Shown here piece by piece: positions 1-12,323 of a stretch of DNA of 64,000 nt (its first letter is position 1; each line of letters starts with the position of its first letter). The position numbers were made by a program, and so were the translations under genes. Source of the DNA: Emiliania huxleyi CCMP1516 (taxonomy: Eukaryota); the NCBI RefSeq assembly GCF_000372725.1, contig NW_005201984.1, positions 186,001 through 250,000 on the forward strand, in the 5' to 3' direction. Under the pieces are notes generated by a model. It ran no database searches and had not been told where the DNA came from. It was given only the letters and a program-made list of their open reading frames with translations.

Positions 1-89
1 CACTCGACAGTACTCTGCCGCATTCCATCGCGTTTATGGCCTAGCCGCTGCGCGAGTAGTATAACGCTCGCACTCATGCGAGGCGCACA

Positions 90-1123
90 GTGATGCGGCT
101 CATCCAGCGCGCCAGGCTCGGCTCTGCGGCGCTCGTGCGGCTCAGCGACTTTGACGGCGGGTCGCTCTCAAACCTCGCGTGGGCCCTCGCGGTCGCCTCC
201 CCGTCCCCCGACGTGCTGGACGCCGTCGCCGCCGCCGCCCTTTCCGAGCGGCTGGCGGAGGTGCACGGCAGCACGGCGCTCAACGTGGGGCAGCTCTGCC
301 AGGTGCACCAGTACCAGCTCTGGCTGGAGGAGCGCGGCGATGTGGCGGAGGAGCCCACCCGAGCCGCGCGTCGGGACGTGCCCGCGACGCGTCCCCGACG
401 CGGTCCCCGACATGCCACGTAGGCGCTTCCCGAGGCGCTGCGCGAGCAGGCGCGCGACTCCTTCCTCGGCATGGCGCAGCTCGCCCCGTCGTCGCGGCTC
501 GAGAGCCTAGATGCTGCAGACGCATCCCAGTATTCCAGCCAGCACCCGCGAGCACCTAACCGACGGCATCTCAGTGCGTTCAAGCCGTAGCCGCTATACG
601 AAGCTTTTATTTCCCGCGAGACTCAAGGCATGCAGCGCCGCGATGCAGTCCTCGCCTCAGGTCGGTGTCCGATCACTGTAGGATGCAGAGGCTCGTCGCT
701 AGGGAGTTGCGCGCAGTCGGCGGGGTGCGCTCCGTGGAGGAGGAGGTTGTGGTGGCGCAGGGGTACACGGTTGACTTGCTCGTGCAGCACGCGGACTTCG
801 GCCCGCTGGCGGTCGAGGTGGACGGGCCGCACCACTTCCTGTCGGAAGGGTCCCGCCGGCCTACAGGGGCGACCCAGCTCAAGCGGCGGCAGCTGCGCAG
901 CTCTGGGCTCCGTTTGGTCTCGCTTCCTTACTGGGAGCTGAACGAGCTGCAGGCCCAGCCCCGTAGAGGTAGAGATGATCTACGCGCTTGCTCTGCTTCT
1001 ACGAGCTCCCCTTGCGGCCCCAGCCCCGGGCACTGGCACGGTGCCACCAGTGGTCAGTGGAGCAGGCTTCTTGAGCGGGCCGTGAGAGACGACCAGCGAG
1101 TCGAGAGTGCGGATGACCCTTGA
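90..1123 (+). CDS. OPR/FASTK-like repeat plus RAP-domain protein (spliced; probably 5'-incomplete, 3' end uncertain)
   Basis: Repeat 'FDGGSLSNLAWALAVA' and 'LCQVHQYQLWL'. After two predicted GC-AG introns comes the RAP domain 'EEEVVVAQGYTVDLLV...LAVEVDGPHHFL...TGATQLKRRQLRSSGLRLVSLPYWE' (681-950). Confidence 0.8.
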
Positions 1124-2013
1124 CACCGATCCCGATCTTCGGATCCACGCGAATGTGTGACAGCGATCCGAGCCGCGAGCGATCATGAGCGATGTCTCCG
1201 CACGCATGTGCCAGGCTTCATGTGGATCTGCCGGTACGGCTTTATGTCGGTCGTGTCCAGCCCCATGGTTGTTGGTCCATGCCATGGAGTGTCGTACGAG
1301 TGTGAATGAAGGCCTCGTAGCCCTGTCCGGTCTACTACACTAAGATCGTCGGCTGAGTGTCGCGCCGAGAAGCGAAGGCCGAAGCGTGCCGAAGCGCGAA
1401 GGGCGCAAAGTAGTTCTCCGCCGGAGTCAAGCTGCCAGTGTGTGCGTCGTGCTCTTAAAATAATGACACTGAGAGCTGTCAGAGGCTGCGAACACCTCGG
1501 CCCCCTGCTCCCCCTACTCCGGCGCTCGGCCCGCGCAGACAGCACTCAGCAGGTGCACGAGCGAGAGAGCCAACACACACTCCACGACACTGACGACGCA
1601 AACCATGGCGCACAAAGAGTGTGTGTGGGGAGCGGGAGGGGAAGGAGTGCTAGAGCGACAAGGCACGCGCGGGCGAGCAGCGCGCTCGCACACGCAAAAC
1701 ACAGAGTACCGTCCGTCGCATGCAGCCATGCATGCGGAGTTGCAGAGAGAGTGACAGCGGCGCCACCGGAGCCATCCACCGGAGTGTTGCACGCCACAGA
1801 GAGACAATCAGACAGGAAACGCAGTGCAGCCGGCGGAGTACATCTCACGCCGCTCATCGTGACGCCAGCCGCAAGCCGGGGGCGGGCGAGGGGCAGGCAG
1901 GCCACCATGCGAGGGGCAGGCAAGCCGCCGTGCGAGGCAAGACTCCAAGTCCGCCCGCATAACTCGCCGCGACCGGCCCACGCTCGCCCGCGTCCACGCG
2001 CGCTAGTAGGTGC

Positions 2014-3467
2014 TCACAAGTTGGCGGGGGGGATGCCGGAGACGGCGCCGTGCTTCTCCTGCGCGTACTTCTTGCGCACGGCCTGCAGGTTGTTCTTCGG
2101 CGCGTCCTTGTGCACCTGGTTCATGTCGCGCACGCACGGCAGCAGGGCAGCCTCCGTGTACGAGGTGTGCTCCGCGAGCTCCTGGCCCTGAGGCGTGCGG
2201 CGCGGGCGCGGCGTGAGCTGGGACGCACCGGCGACGCCAGGTGGCGGCGAGGGCTCTCTACGCGGCAAGGGCTCTCTGTCTCACCCAGCAGGGCTGGCCC
2301 ATCGTCTTGAGGGCCAGGTAGACTGCGGACGCGGCAACCATCGACGGGAGGTACTTGAGAAACTTGTACTCCTGCGGGGCCGAGCAGGCAGTGTGGCGCG
2401 CGGCTCTCTTTGAGAGTGAGAGGGCCGGGGCGCGCGCCTGCAGTGTCAGCTCGACAAACATGTTCGCGAGCAGCTCCGTCTTGGAGCGCGGCGTGGCGAT
2501 GATGCCCGCCACCTTGCTGAACCGCTTGAGGAACACGTACGTGTTGGGCGTGGTCAGCTGGAAGTTGAGCTTGGCGAGCACCGCGCCCTCCATGGCCAGA
2601 ATCTGCTCGCGCGTGTACGCCTTGTCTGATATGTAGACAAAATCGCGGCACTCGGGCGCGTAGATCTCCTCGTACTTGGAGGCGAGGAACATGGCGGTGA
2701 CGCCGACGAGCTGCAGCTTGTTCCGCGTGATGGTCTCCTTCTCGAGGAAGCGGTCGATCAGGTTGACCGTCAGGTAGAGGGTCTCGATCATCAGCTTGAA
2801 CTTGAGGTGCACCTCAATCAGCCAGTCGATGAGGATGGCGCGCATCTTCTCGTTGATGTCGTTCTGCTTGCTCATGTAGGTGCCGGAGGCGAGGTTGATC
2901 GCCTGCGGCGGCGGCGCGCGCGACTCGGCTCTCGGGCTCCCGCGCGCGCCGAGAGCTGGCCGCGTTGGGCCACTCGGCTTTGCGGACAGAGCCGGGCGGG
3001 CGCAGCAGAGGCGGTGCGTGCGGTGGGGCGCGGGCGCGCGCGTGGAGGTGGGCGGCCGCGCCTCGGCTTCGCGGTAGTGGCGGTGGATGTCGTGCAGGTA
3101 CGGGATCACCGCCTGCGGGTTGTGCACGTCTGGCATGTCGACCTTGTCGACAGGCGACTTGGGCGCCGAGCGCCCGGCATCCTCGGTGGAGCGGTCGAAC
3201 ACGCCCCGCGCGGCGGAGGCCGAGCTCGACTTGCCCGGCAAGCCCTTGCCGCCCACCTGCGCGCGCGGGCGGCGGTGAGGGGCAGGCGCAGCGCGGCGGT
3301 GCGCGCCCAGAGCGCTGGCTGCACACGCTCGCGGCCGCTGGCTGGGGAGCGCCGCGCGCCTTGCCCGCCCGGACCGGGTCCTTGAGCTGGCTGTACTTGT
3401 TGGAGAGGTCGCCAAGCGCGGTGCGCGTGCGCGTGGCGGGGCCGGCGGGCTGCGGGGCGGCGCTCAT
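2014..3467 (-). CDS. B-type mitotic cyclin, 5 exons
   Basis: N-terminal destruction box RTALGDLSN. Cyclin box 'MRAILIDWLIEVHLKFKL...LYLTVNLIDRFL...KLQLVGVTAMFLASKYEEIYAP'. C-terminal 'LQAVRKKYAQEKHGAVS'. Four introns (3 GC-AG, 1 GT-AG). Confidence 0.93.
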
Positions 3468-3671
3468 GTCGGTGTTGAAGCGGTTTTGAGGAGGGCGCTC
3501 AAACGAAGCAAGAAAAACGCGGTGCATTCGGGGGGGTACCCGGGACCGCGAAGCGGGCGTGTTTGCTAGTTCGAACGGGCACTTGCCTGCGCCCTCACGC
3601 GCTAGCCCACGCCCTGCCCCGCAAGATCTCACTCCATCCCGGCCTGCGGCATACCTCGGCACCCCCTTGCA

Positions 3672-3910
3672 CGGAATCTGAGGGTGAGGGAATCTGAGCG
3701 TGAGGGAATCTGAGCGTGAGGGAACCTGGGCAGTGCCGCGTAGTGCGGCGTGCGTGCGGGCGTGCGCGCGGGCGTGCGCGCACGTGCGCGGGCGTGCGCG
3801 GGCGTGCGCGCACGTGCGCGGGCGTGCGCGGGCGTGCGCGGGCGTGCGCGGGCGTGCGCGGGCGTGCGCGGGCGTGCGCGCGCGTGCGCGCGCGTGCGCG
3901 GCATGCGCGG
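3672..3910. repeat. Tandem repeats between divergent genes: (GGAATCTGAGCGTGAG)~3, then (GGCGTGCGCG)n 10-mer array
   Basis: Directly visible 16-bp and 10-bp periodic units. Confidence 0.9.
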
Positions 3911-4185
3911 CCAGGGCGCAGGCAAGTGCCTGAGGGTATGGGGGTGGGCGCCACCCTGGGGCTACCCATAGCATCGTCGGCTCAGTGATGGGTATCCCGG
4001 AGCGTGCAGGGACGCGAAGGCCACGGTTCGTAGGTGGCGCGAGCGCAGTCGATCGCTCGAAAAGAATTCTTACAGGCAAGCCTCTCTCACAGCACACTGG
4101 CACGACAAGGGCGCGGACCTGGGCGCGGACACCGGCTCGAAAAGAATTTGGGCCCCAGGCCCAAGCCCAGATCAGTCTGGCGGAG

Positions 4186-6581
4186 ATGACACTAGTGGTG
4201 GCACCCGCGCTCGTCGCCGGACTGCTCCACGCCCCGCACGCGTATCCGCCGCGACTAACGCCGCCGCGGCCGCGCGTCGCTGCTTCGCTTGGCTCAGCGC
4301 GGGCGTCTCGACCGCTGCTGCTGCTGCGACCGCCCTTGCGGACCGCGGCCGCTGCTTCGCCGGCCCGCGCTGCAGTGTCGCCGCGCATGGGCCTGCTTCC
4401 AAAGACGCTGGCGGAGTTCTGGGGCGCGCACGCTGCAGCGTGGGCCGCCACCACCGCCTTCTTTGCCGTCAGCGTCAGCGTCGGTGGCGGCGCTGGCTGG
4501 GTCCTGTCGGCGCTGCTCAGCGCGCTGTCCGCCACAAGCCTGTCGCTGGCGGTGCTCCTCGGGCGGAACCGGGAGGAGGCCGGCGTTGCGCTGTCGCTAA
4601 CCGCGAGCGCCTACTTTACCGGCACGTCCGCGCTGCTCCACGCCGCCGCGGCGACCGTCGCGACGGCGGCGGCTGGCACCGCGTGGCTCGGACTGATGCG
4701 GCGGCTCCGCACGTGGCATGCGCTGCTCGCCGCCGGCTCGCTGGGGTTCGCCATCAAGGCGGCGAACAAGGACCGCGCCTTTGGTGGCGCGGCGGGCACC
4801 CGCGGCCTGCCGCTGCCGACGCTCGCCCTCATCAACAGCGCGGCCGGCGCCAAGATGGGTGAGGCACTGGCCGCGTCACTGCGCGAGGAGGCGGCGAGGC
4901 GGCGCCAGACCGACAGCGCTGCAGCGGAGAGACTGGCGTGGCATGCCCGTGATACGTCCTCGACCCGTCGCGTAGGGCCGACGGCGGCGAGGCCCCTCTC
5001 GAGGTGGTCAACCTGGAGGACGTGCCGCCGCGCGAGGCGCTGCGCTCGTTTGGCGAGCGCCACCCGCAGTACCGCGTCCTGGTCTGCGGCGGAGACGGCT
5101 CCGTGGCGTGGGTGCGCCGAGAGAGCGCCGCTCTCGAGGGCGAGAAGGGCGCCGCCCCCACTCCTGCTGCTTGCGGGCAGGTGCTCGGCGAGGTGGAGCA
5201 GCTCGACGCGCCCTACCGCCCCGCGGTGGCCATCCTGCCGCTCGGCACCGGGAACGACATGTCGCGCGTCCTCGGCTGGGGAAAGTACTTCCGGCCGCAG
5301 TCGCTCCGCGCGCGGCTCGCGGCGCTCTCCCTCTCGCGCGTGGCCCTGCTCGACCGGTGTGGAGACCCCCCCCGCTGCTCCCCCTGCCGCTGTCACCCTT
5401 GCCGCCGCCTCTCCCCCCCTCCCTCTCCCCCCCGGCGCCCCCCGCTCCACCGCCTCACCTCGCCGCACACCCCACCGCCGGCCTCAGGTGGGGCGTGGCT
5501 GCTCTGGGGATGAGGGAGGTGTGAACAGCGTCTCTTCACACCCCACCGCCGGCCTCAGGTGGGGCGTGGCCGGCTCGCTGCCCGACGGGAGGGAGCAGCT
5601 CGTGATGAGCAACTACCTCTCCATCGGGGTGGACGCGCGCGCCAGCCTCAACTGGGCGCGGCTCAAGGCTGCTGCGCCGGCCCTCTTCTCGCTGCGGCTG
5701 CTGGCCAAGCTGTGGTACATCGTGCTCGGCACGCCCGAGCTGCTGCTGCGCTCGCACCGCGACCTGCCCAGCCGGCTCACACTCACCTGCGACGGGCAGC
5801 GCATCCCGCTCCCGCGCCGCTGCCAGGGCCTCATGGCTCGCCTGCCTAGATGCGGAACGAGGCGCTGTGGCTTCCGGCGCGCGCAGAGGCAGAGGCGCCG
5901 CTCGCACAGCCTCATCGCGTGGCGTGCTGCGCCGCAGGTTTGCAACACGCCCTCGTACGGAGGCGGCTCCGACCTGTGGGACCCGACGCAGGGCGCGCCG
6001 CTGCCGTCGCGGGATCGGATGCAGACGGAGGCGGTGCCGCCGGCGGCGGTGCGCACCAACCCGCCCTCCACGCCTCTCCCCGACGCGGCGCCCAGGGCGG
6101 ACGTCCTTCTCTTCACACCCGTGCGCGCTGTGAGCAGGACGACGGCGTCCTCGAGATCGTCTGCGTGACCGGCGTCTTCCACCTCGCGCAGACCCTCGCC
6201 GGCTTCTCGAATGCGGTGCGGCTGGCGCAGGGGCGCGAGGTGTCGATCGAGGTGGAGGGGAGCGGCGTGCCGCTGCAGGCGTGGGGACAGGCAGCAGCCC
6301 GCCGACACCTCGGCCACATCTCGGCCACATCTCGGCCCGCGCCGCCGCAGGTGGACGGCGAGCCGTTCGGCGTCGCCAGCAGCGGGGTGAGCAGCCTCGG
6401 CCCCTTCAGCCTCACGCTGCGCCGCCTCGGCACCTCCCTCATGCTGCGCGCCCCCGCCGGCGGCATCGACGCCGCGGACGGCGAGGCCGGGCCGAGCGCC
6501 GTCGAGGGGGCGATGGCCGACGGGCTGATCAGCCACGAGGTGCGCGAGGAGCTGCTGGAGAAGATGGCGCGCGCATCGTGA
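4186..6581 (+). CDS. Diacylglycerol kinase-family protein with hydrophobic N-terminal region (multi-exon)
   Basis: DAGK motifs in order across exons: LINSAAGAKMG, VLVCGGDGSVAWV, AILPLGTGNDMSRVLGWG, MSNYLSIGVDA, NTPSYGGG, DDGVLEIV, QVDGEP. Confidence 0.9.
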
Positions 6582-6908
6582 GCCAGACAATCCACTGCGC
6601 CTTTGAGCCCTGAGGGATATGAACCTCACACCACACGTCATCACCACACACCGCACAGCGCAACCTGTGGTGTGGGCTGGTGGATGCGCCCTGACGTGTG
6701 ACTTCAGGCTTTTACAGCAGAAAATGCCACTGCACTCTCTCTCTGCAGTCTGCAGCGCCCCGCGTGCCCCGTCGCAGCGCGGGCCAGACGCGACTAGCGC
6801 CCAACCCGACAGCGACACCCCCACGCCACCTCAATGCGCAATGTATTTTTTCGTATCGCCCGCCAAGCAGCACCCACCGCGGACCGCGGCGCCGGCGGCC
6901 CATCAGCG

Positions 6909-8606
6909 TCACTCCGCCTCCTCTCGCCCCCGCCGGGGCGGCGTGGTCAGCGCCGCCGCGTGCCGGCGACGGCGCCGGGCCGTGCGCCTCCCCTCGACTC
7001 TGCCGTCGGGCCGCGCCTCCGCGGGCGCCTCATCGTCGGCGGCGGTCGCCTCGCCGCGGCCTGGCTTCGGCAGGAAGCCCCAGCCGCCGAGTGCGTCGGC
7101 AAAGGCCACCTGCGAGGGGTAGGGGATGCCGGGGCGGGCCGCGGTGGCGGTGGCGGTGGCGGTGGCGGTGGCGGTGGCGGTGGCGGTGGCGGTGGCGGTG
7201 GCGGTGGCGGTGGCGGTGGCGAGGGCGAGGGCGAGGGCGAGGAGGGCGGCCAAGGGGGCCGGCCAGAAAACACGGAGGGGAGGGGAGGGGCGGGGAGGGG
7301 TGGGGCGGTCGCCAGCTCTGCGTCGGACGGCTCGCAGTGGCCGAGCGACGGCGCGACGCGGAGCGTGAGGCGGTGGAAGCCGAGGTCAACCTATGATATG
7401 ATGAGGGCTCCGAGAAGGTTCGCGGGGGGCGAGGGTGGTCCCCGTCGGGCAGAGGTGGGAGCCGGACCAGGTCGGCGTACTTGCGGAGGGCGAGCGAAGC
7501 GGCGATGCACTCGTCCGCCGCGCCGTGGAAGGCCGAGATGAGGAGGGCGTCGCGCCCGTCCGGGTACGGGGCGAGGCGGGCCGTGCACTCGTACACGTGT
7601 CCGAACGAGGCGAAGACGCCGCCGAGCAGCTCTCGGTGCGTGAGCGCGGCGTCGAGCGCCATGCAGCAGCCCTGCGAGGCGCCTCCGATGGCGACGCGCG
7701 AGTAGTCGCCGCCGAGCGCGGCCGCCTGCAGGGAGCTCCCGACACGCTCAGGGAGGGGCCCCGGAGGGCACCTCCGGGCGGGCAAAGTGCAGAGTCGGGC
7801 CTCGGCGTCGATGGCGGCGTGGATCCGCTCGCGCGCCCACGCCACCTGCTCCTCGTCGATCTCCTCCTCGAGGTCGGGCCTGCGGCGTGGGATGGCTCGC
7901 TATCACGCGGCTGTCCGCACACGACACCCGACACCCTCCTCGCGGCCCGTCGCCTCCCTTCGTCGCCGCCGTGGTCGGTGAAGTAATCGTGCCACGCCGG
8001 GTGGCGCGGCCGCTCGTCGCCGTAGCACGAGACGGTGCGAATGGGCGCGTTCAGAAAGACGAGCTTGAGGGTGTCTGCCGGCGGCGAGGGTGGCGAGGGG
8101 CGTGCGGTGGGGCGTGGGCGGGCGCAGCGCGGCCGCCGCTGCAAACGGGCGCGCGGCGCGCCTAGGGTCCGCCGGCCGAGTGCCTTGGCGAGAGCTGGCA
8201 GCCACCCCGAGGCGAGCTGCTTGCCGGTGGAGGTGAAGCCGTGCAGCATGATGACCGTCCGGGCGTGCGCCTGCGGCGTGCGTGGCTGCAGCACAAACGG
8301 CGCCTGCAGCCCCTTTGGCCCGGCGCCGCCGCCGCCCGCTCGCCGGCCCGCCCGGCTCTTGCGGGCCCGGCGCCGCTTTGCCGCGCCGGCCGTCGAAGGT
8401 TCCTCCGGCATGGGCTCGAGCGTGACGGAGGCGGGCGTCTGCGCCATCTCCTCTCTGATGCGGAGCTTCTCGAGCCCTGTGATGGCGGCGAGCATGGGTG
8501 TCGGGCAGTCGTCGACCTCCGGCGTCGGCAGCGCCTTGGAGAGCTCGTCGCCATGCACCGGCGCCGGGCGCTTCGTCTTGTAGGTCGGGGAGTCGTCGTC
8601 CTCCAT
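6909..8606 (-). CDS. Phospholipase/carboxylesterase (acyl-protein thioesterase-like alpha/beta hydrolase), multi-exon
   Basis: Motifs VIMLHGF, LVFLNAP...AWHDY, nucleophile elbow GGASQG, FHGAADECI. Confidence 0.85.
7141..7240. repeat. (GCGGTG)n/(GCGAGG)n hexamer microsatellite, intronic
   Basis: Directly visible. Confidence 0.9.
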
Positions 8607-8841
8607 CGCAAAAACGGGGTTGAAGCGAGCGCGAACTGCGAACGGGAGAACTGCGCCGCTTCGCGGGAAGAGAGAAGAATTCTATTCACACATTTCTTTC
8701 ACAAACATTCCTTTCATCTCCGAGAATAGCGTTTCTCCCAGTGCTCCAAGCCCAGCGTTTTCGTGAATTTACGACACACGCCCGGGGCACCGCCGCGACG
8801 AGAGCTAGCAGAAGCAGCGAACTGACACAGCGAGCACCGAC

Positions 8842-11070
8842 ATGCGCGGCGGGCTCCACCGCCTCCTCTCCCGCGCCAGCAGCGCTCGGGCGGTGCTCGC
8901 GCTGCACGCGGCGCACGAGCCGCTCGCGCCAGTCCACCTCGCCACGTGCTGGAGCCGGCTTGGCCGCGCCACCGGCAGCGAGCTCGCGCATCTGCGTCGC
9001 GGCGGCGGCAAGCGGCTTGAGCCGCTCCGCCGGGCAACACACCAGTCGCTGCGACGGCTCGATGCAAAGGGCGTCGCCACCCTTGCGCACGCGCTCGGCC
9101 GGCTTCGGCTCTGCGGCGGCAGCGAGACCACCCAGCCTTGGTCCGAGCTCTGGGAGGGCCTGGAGGAGGCCGCGCTGCGGTGCGCGGCGAGGCAGACCTT
9201 CACGCCGCAGGGCCTCTCAAACACGGCGTGGTCACACGCAAAGGCTGGCCGCAGAGCGCCCGCCCTCTTTGACGCGCTCGCCCGTGAGGCAGAGCGGCAG
9301 GCAGACGGCTTCAACTCCCGAGACCACGCGATCACGGCGTGGGCATTCGCGTCGGCGGCGCACGCGGCACCCTCGCTCTTCGACGCGATCGCCGCGCGCG
9401 CCGGCGCCGCGCCGCTCCTCGGCCAGTGCAGCGAGCAGTCCCTCTCCAACCTGGCGTGGGCCTTTGCGACGGCGGGGCACGAGGCGTCGGAGCTGCTCGA
9501 CGCCATCGCGGGTGAGGCGGCGCCGCGGCTGCCCTCCTTCTCTGGCCAGGCGCGCCGAGCGCACTGCCGAGCACACACCGCCAGCACCGCTCGAGACGCC
9601 GCGCCGAAGGACGGCGCTGTGCCGTGACAGGCGCTCGCCAACACGGCGTGGGCGTTTGCGACGGCCTCGCATGCGGTGCCGGCGCTGTTCAGCGGCATCG
9701 AGGCGGAGGTGGTGGCGAGGCTGAGGGCAGAGGGCGGGGTCGCGCCTGAGGCGGCATTCAAGCCTCAGGAGCTGAGCAACCTCGCGTGGGCTTTTGCGAC
9801 GGCGGGGCACGAGGCGCCGGAGCTGCTCGACGCCATCGCGGGCGAGGCGGCGCCGCGCGTCGGCGAGTTCAGCTCTCAGGGGCTGTCGATGACGGCCTGG
9901 GCGTACGCGGCGTCCGGCAGGCCGGCACCGGCCCTCTTCGATTCCATCGCCGGCGAGCTCGCGCCGCGTGTCGGCGAGTTCAGCCCGCAGGGGCTGTCGA
10001 CTGCGGCGTGGGCGTTTGCGACGGCAAACCACACCGCCCCCTCGCTGCTCGACGCCGTCGCGGCGCAGGCGGTGGCGAGGCACGCAGAGCTTGACGCGCG
10101 CTGCCTGACGGCCACGGCTTGGTCGCTGGCGGTCCTGGACATGGGAGGAAACGGGGAGCGAGGCACGGGCGGCGCGGCGCGGTTTGCGCGCCGGTGCGAT
10201 TGCCACCCGCCGAGCCCGCCTCTGCCCTCCCCGCCGCCCGGCCCGTCCGTCTCCCCGCCACCGCCCCCGCCTCCCCGCCTCTAGGTTCGGCGGCTGGCTC
10301 GACTCGCGCGCGGCCGAGCTGTCGCACGAGAGCCTCTGCCAGCTGCACCAGTGGCGGCTTTGGCGCGCAGAGGAGCGGCGGCGGAGCGACGGGCTGCCTT
10401 CGGCGCCGCTGCTCGCCCAGGCCGCCGCCGCCTTTGGAGCGACGCGCACGCGACAGTCCGAGATCCAAAGCAGCGTTGGCGAGGCGCGCACTGCACCTGC
10501 ACTCGCTCTCCGCCTCGCTCCCATCGCCGCGATTTCGCCGCCCCGGCCTCCTCTCCGCCTCGCTCTCCCGGCGCCTCGCCGCTCCCGCCGCCACGCTGTT
10601 CCCAGCCTACCCCTCTCCACCCCTACTCCCGCGCTGGCCGCAGGCGCTCGCTGCCCTCGACACGTGGCCGAGCCGCGAGCGGTTGCGGAGCGGACGGACA
10701 CGTCCAGGACGCGCCCCCGCCACTTGGCCTCAGGTGGCCCGAGGAGGAGGTGCGATTGCCGTGCGGCTACACGCTCGACTGGCTCGTGCAGTGGCGCGGC
10801 GTCTCGCTCGGCGTCGAGGTGGACGGCCCGCGCCATTTCCTCGGCAGGCGGCCGAGCGGCGCTACGGCCCTCAAGCGGCGGCAGGTCCGCGCCTTCGGCA
10901 CGCCGCTGGTCAGCATCCCGTACTGGGAATGGGACGGGCTGCGGGACGGGGGCGCCCGCGTCGCGTTCCTGCGACGGGCGCTCGAGCGCGAGGCCACCAG
11001 CAAGGGCGCCGAGGGCGGGTCGGGTGCGAGGGGGCTGGACGGGAGAACGTCCAGCGCTGCAGGCGGGTGA
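8842..11070 (+). CDS. Octotricopeptide-repeat (OPR)-like protein with C-terminal RAP domain, multi-exon
   Basis: About seven ~38-aa repeats 'F.pQgLSn.AWAfA.aG...PaLfDaiA.ea'. RAP domain 'EEEVRLPCGYTLDWLV...GVEVDGPRHFL...SGATALKRRQVRAFGTPLVSIPYWEW'. Confidence 0.88.
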
Positions 11071-12323
11071 CGCCGTGAGGTGGTATTTGGGCGAGTGCGG
11101 AGAGAGAGTTTCAGCCGGTGTGTGCACGATGCCTGTCGTGTGTCACGTTGTGTCTGTGTCAGCAACAATCCAATGTGCTGTGAGAGAGAAGCCGCGGAAA
11201 GCCGACATCCCCCCCGGCGCCCGGGCCCCCCGGCCCCGCGTCATCACGGGCCCCCAATGCCCAAAAGAGGCAGCCACACATAAAAAGGACCCCTCGCGCC
11301 TCGAGCGTCGAGGCTCGAGCAAACCGAAACCCCACGAGCAAGGAGAGAGAGACAGAGAGCGAAACAGAAAGAAAAACCAACAATCGGCAACAACAACTCC
11401 GCTCTATCCCAAACCAAGGACCAATAAAAATGGAGCAGTTGGAGTGCGGTCGGGTCATCAACCTCACATCAGGGCCGCGGGCCGAGCTATATATCGTATG
11501 AAGCGCACCCAGCGGGCCGAATGATTGGTATATCGGGCTACGAGCAAAAGAGCCCTGATCCCGGCGGGGGGATGCGCGATCAAAAAAGACTCTACCTGGA
11601 TAAAGCAAAAATGCGCATGGAAGAAAGAAAACGGACACGCAAGCTAGGGCTGGGTCTTGGGCTCAACGAGGTTTTCCGGAAAACAAAAAGGAAAACAGAG
11701 GTCCCCAGCACTTTGCGTTTCCGGAAATTTCCAGGGAACAGAGGGTGTTTGGTGCTCCATTCTGGAAACTCGCGAGTTTCCCTGAGTCTGAGAGCTGGTC
11801 TGGGGCAAAATCTGAGGCAAAATTGAGGAAATCGACAAAATACCCAGGCGGTCGCAGGGTAATTTCCAGGTATACACGGGTTCTCCGCGAAATTCCCGGC
11901 ATTTTGCCGATTTGGCCTAAAATTTGGCTGATTTTTTTGGCTGGTTTTGGGCCCAAAGCCCCAAACCAGCCTCAGACTCGGCTCAGAGCCAAAAATTTGA
12001 CGATTTCCACGCAGTTTTCCCGGGAGAATAGAGAGGAAAGAGAGGGTGCTGTAGAGAAAAAAGGAAAGGAAAACAGACGGGGTGCGAGAGGCAAACCTCG
12101 TTGAGCCCAAGCTGGGTCGAGGACAGGCGAGAGCGACAGACACGTCCACAGGTCCCCACCTTTGCAGGATTTTGCAAAAGCGAGGAGGAGGGGGCGCGGC
12201 GCGGAGAGGACTGGGCACAGGGATCTCTCTCACATAGGATACGCACCTGGGTGCTGGGATTCGTAAAAATCCAAAAGCGCCGTGTTTGGCCAAGGGCGCA
12301 GAAGCGAGCTCGTTTCTGAGGCG

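Noticed and set aside
2814..4535. 573-aa minus-strand ORF and similar long Arg/Ala/Pro-rich ORFs
   Set aside because: Artefacts of very high GC overlapping real spliced genes and tandem repeats; only the first cyclin exon lies in this frame.
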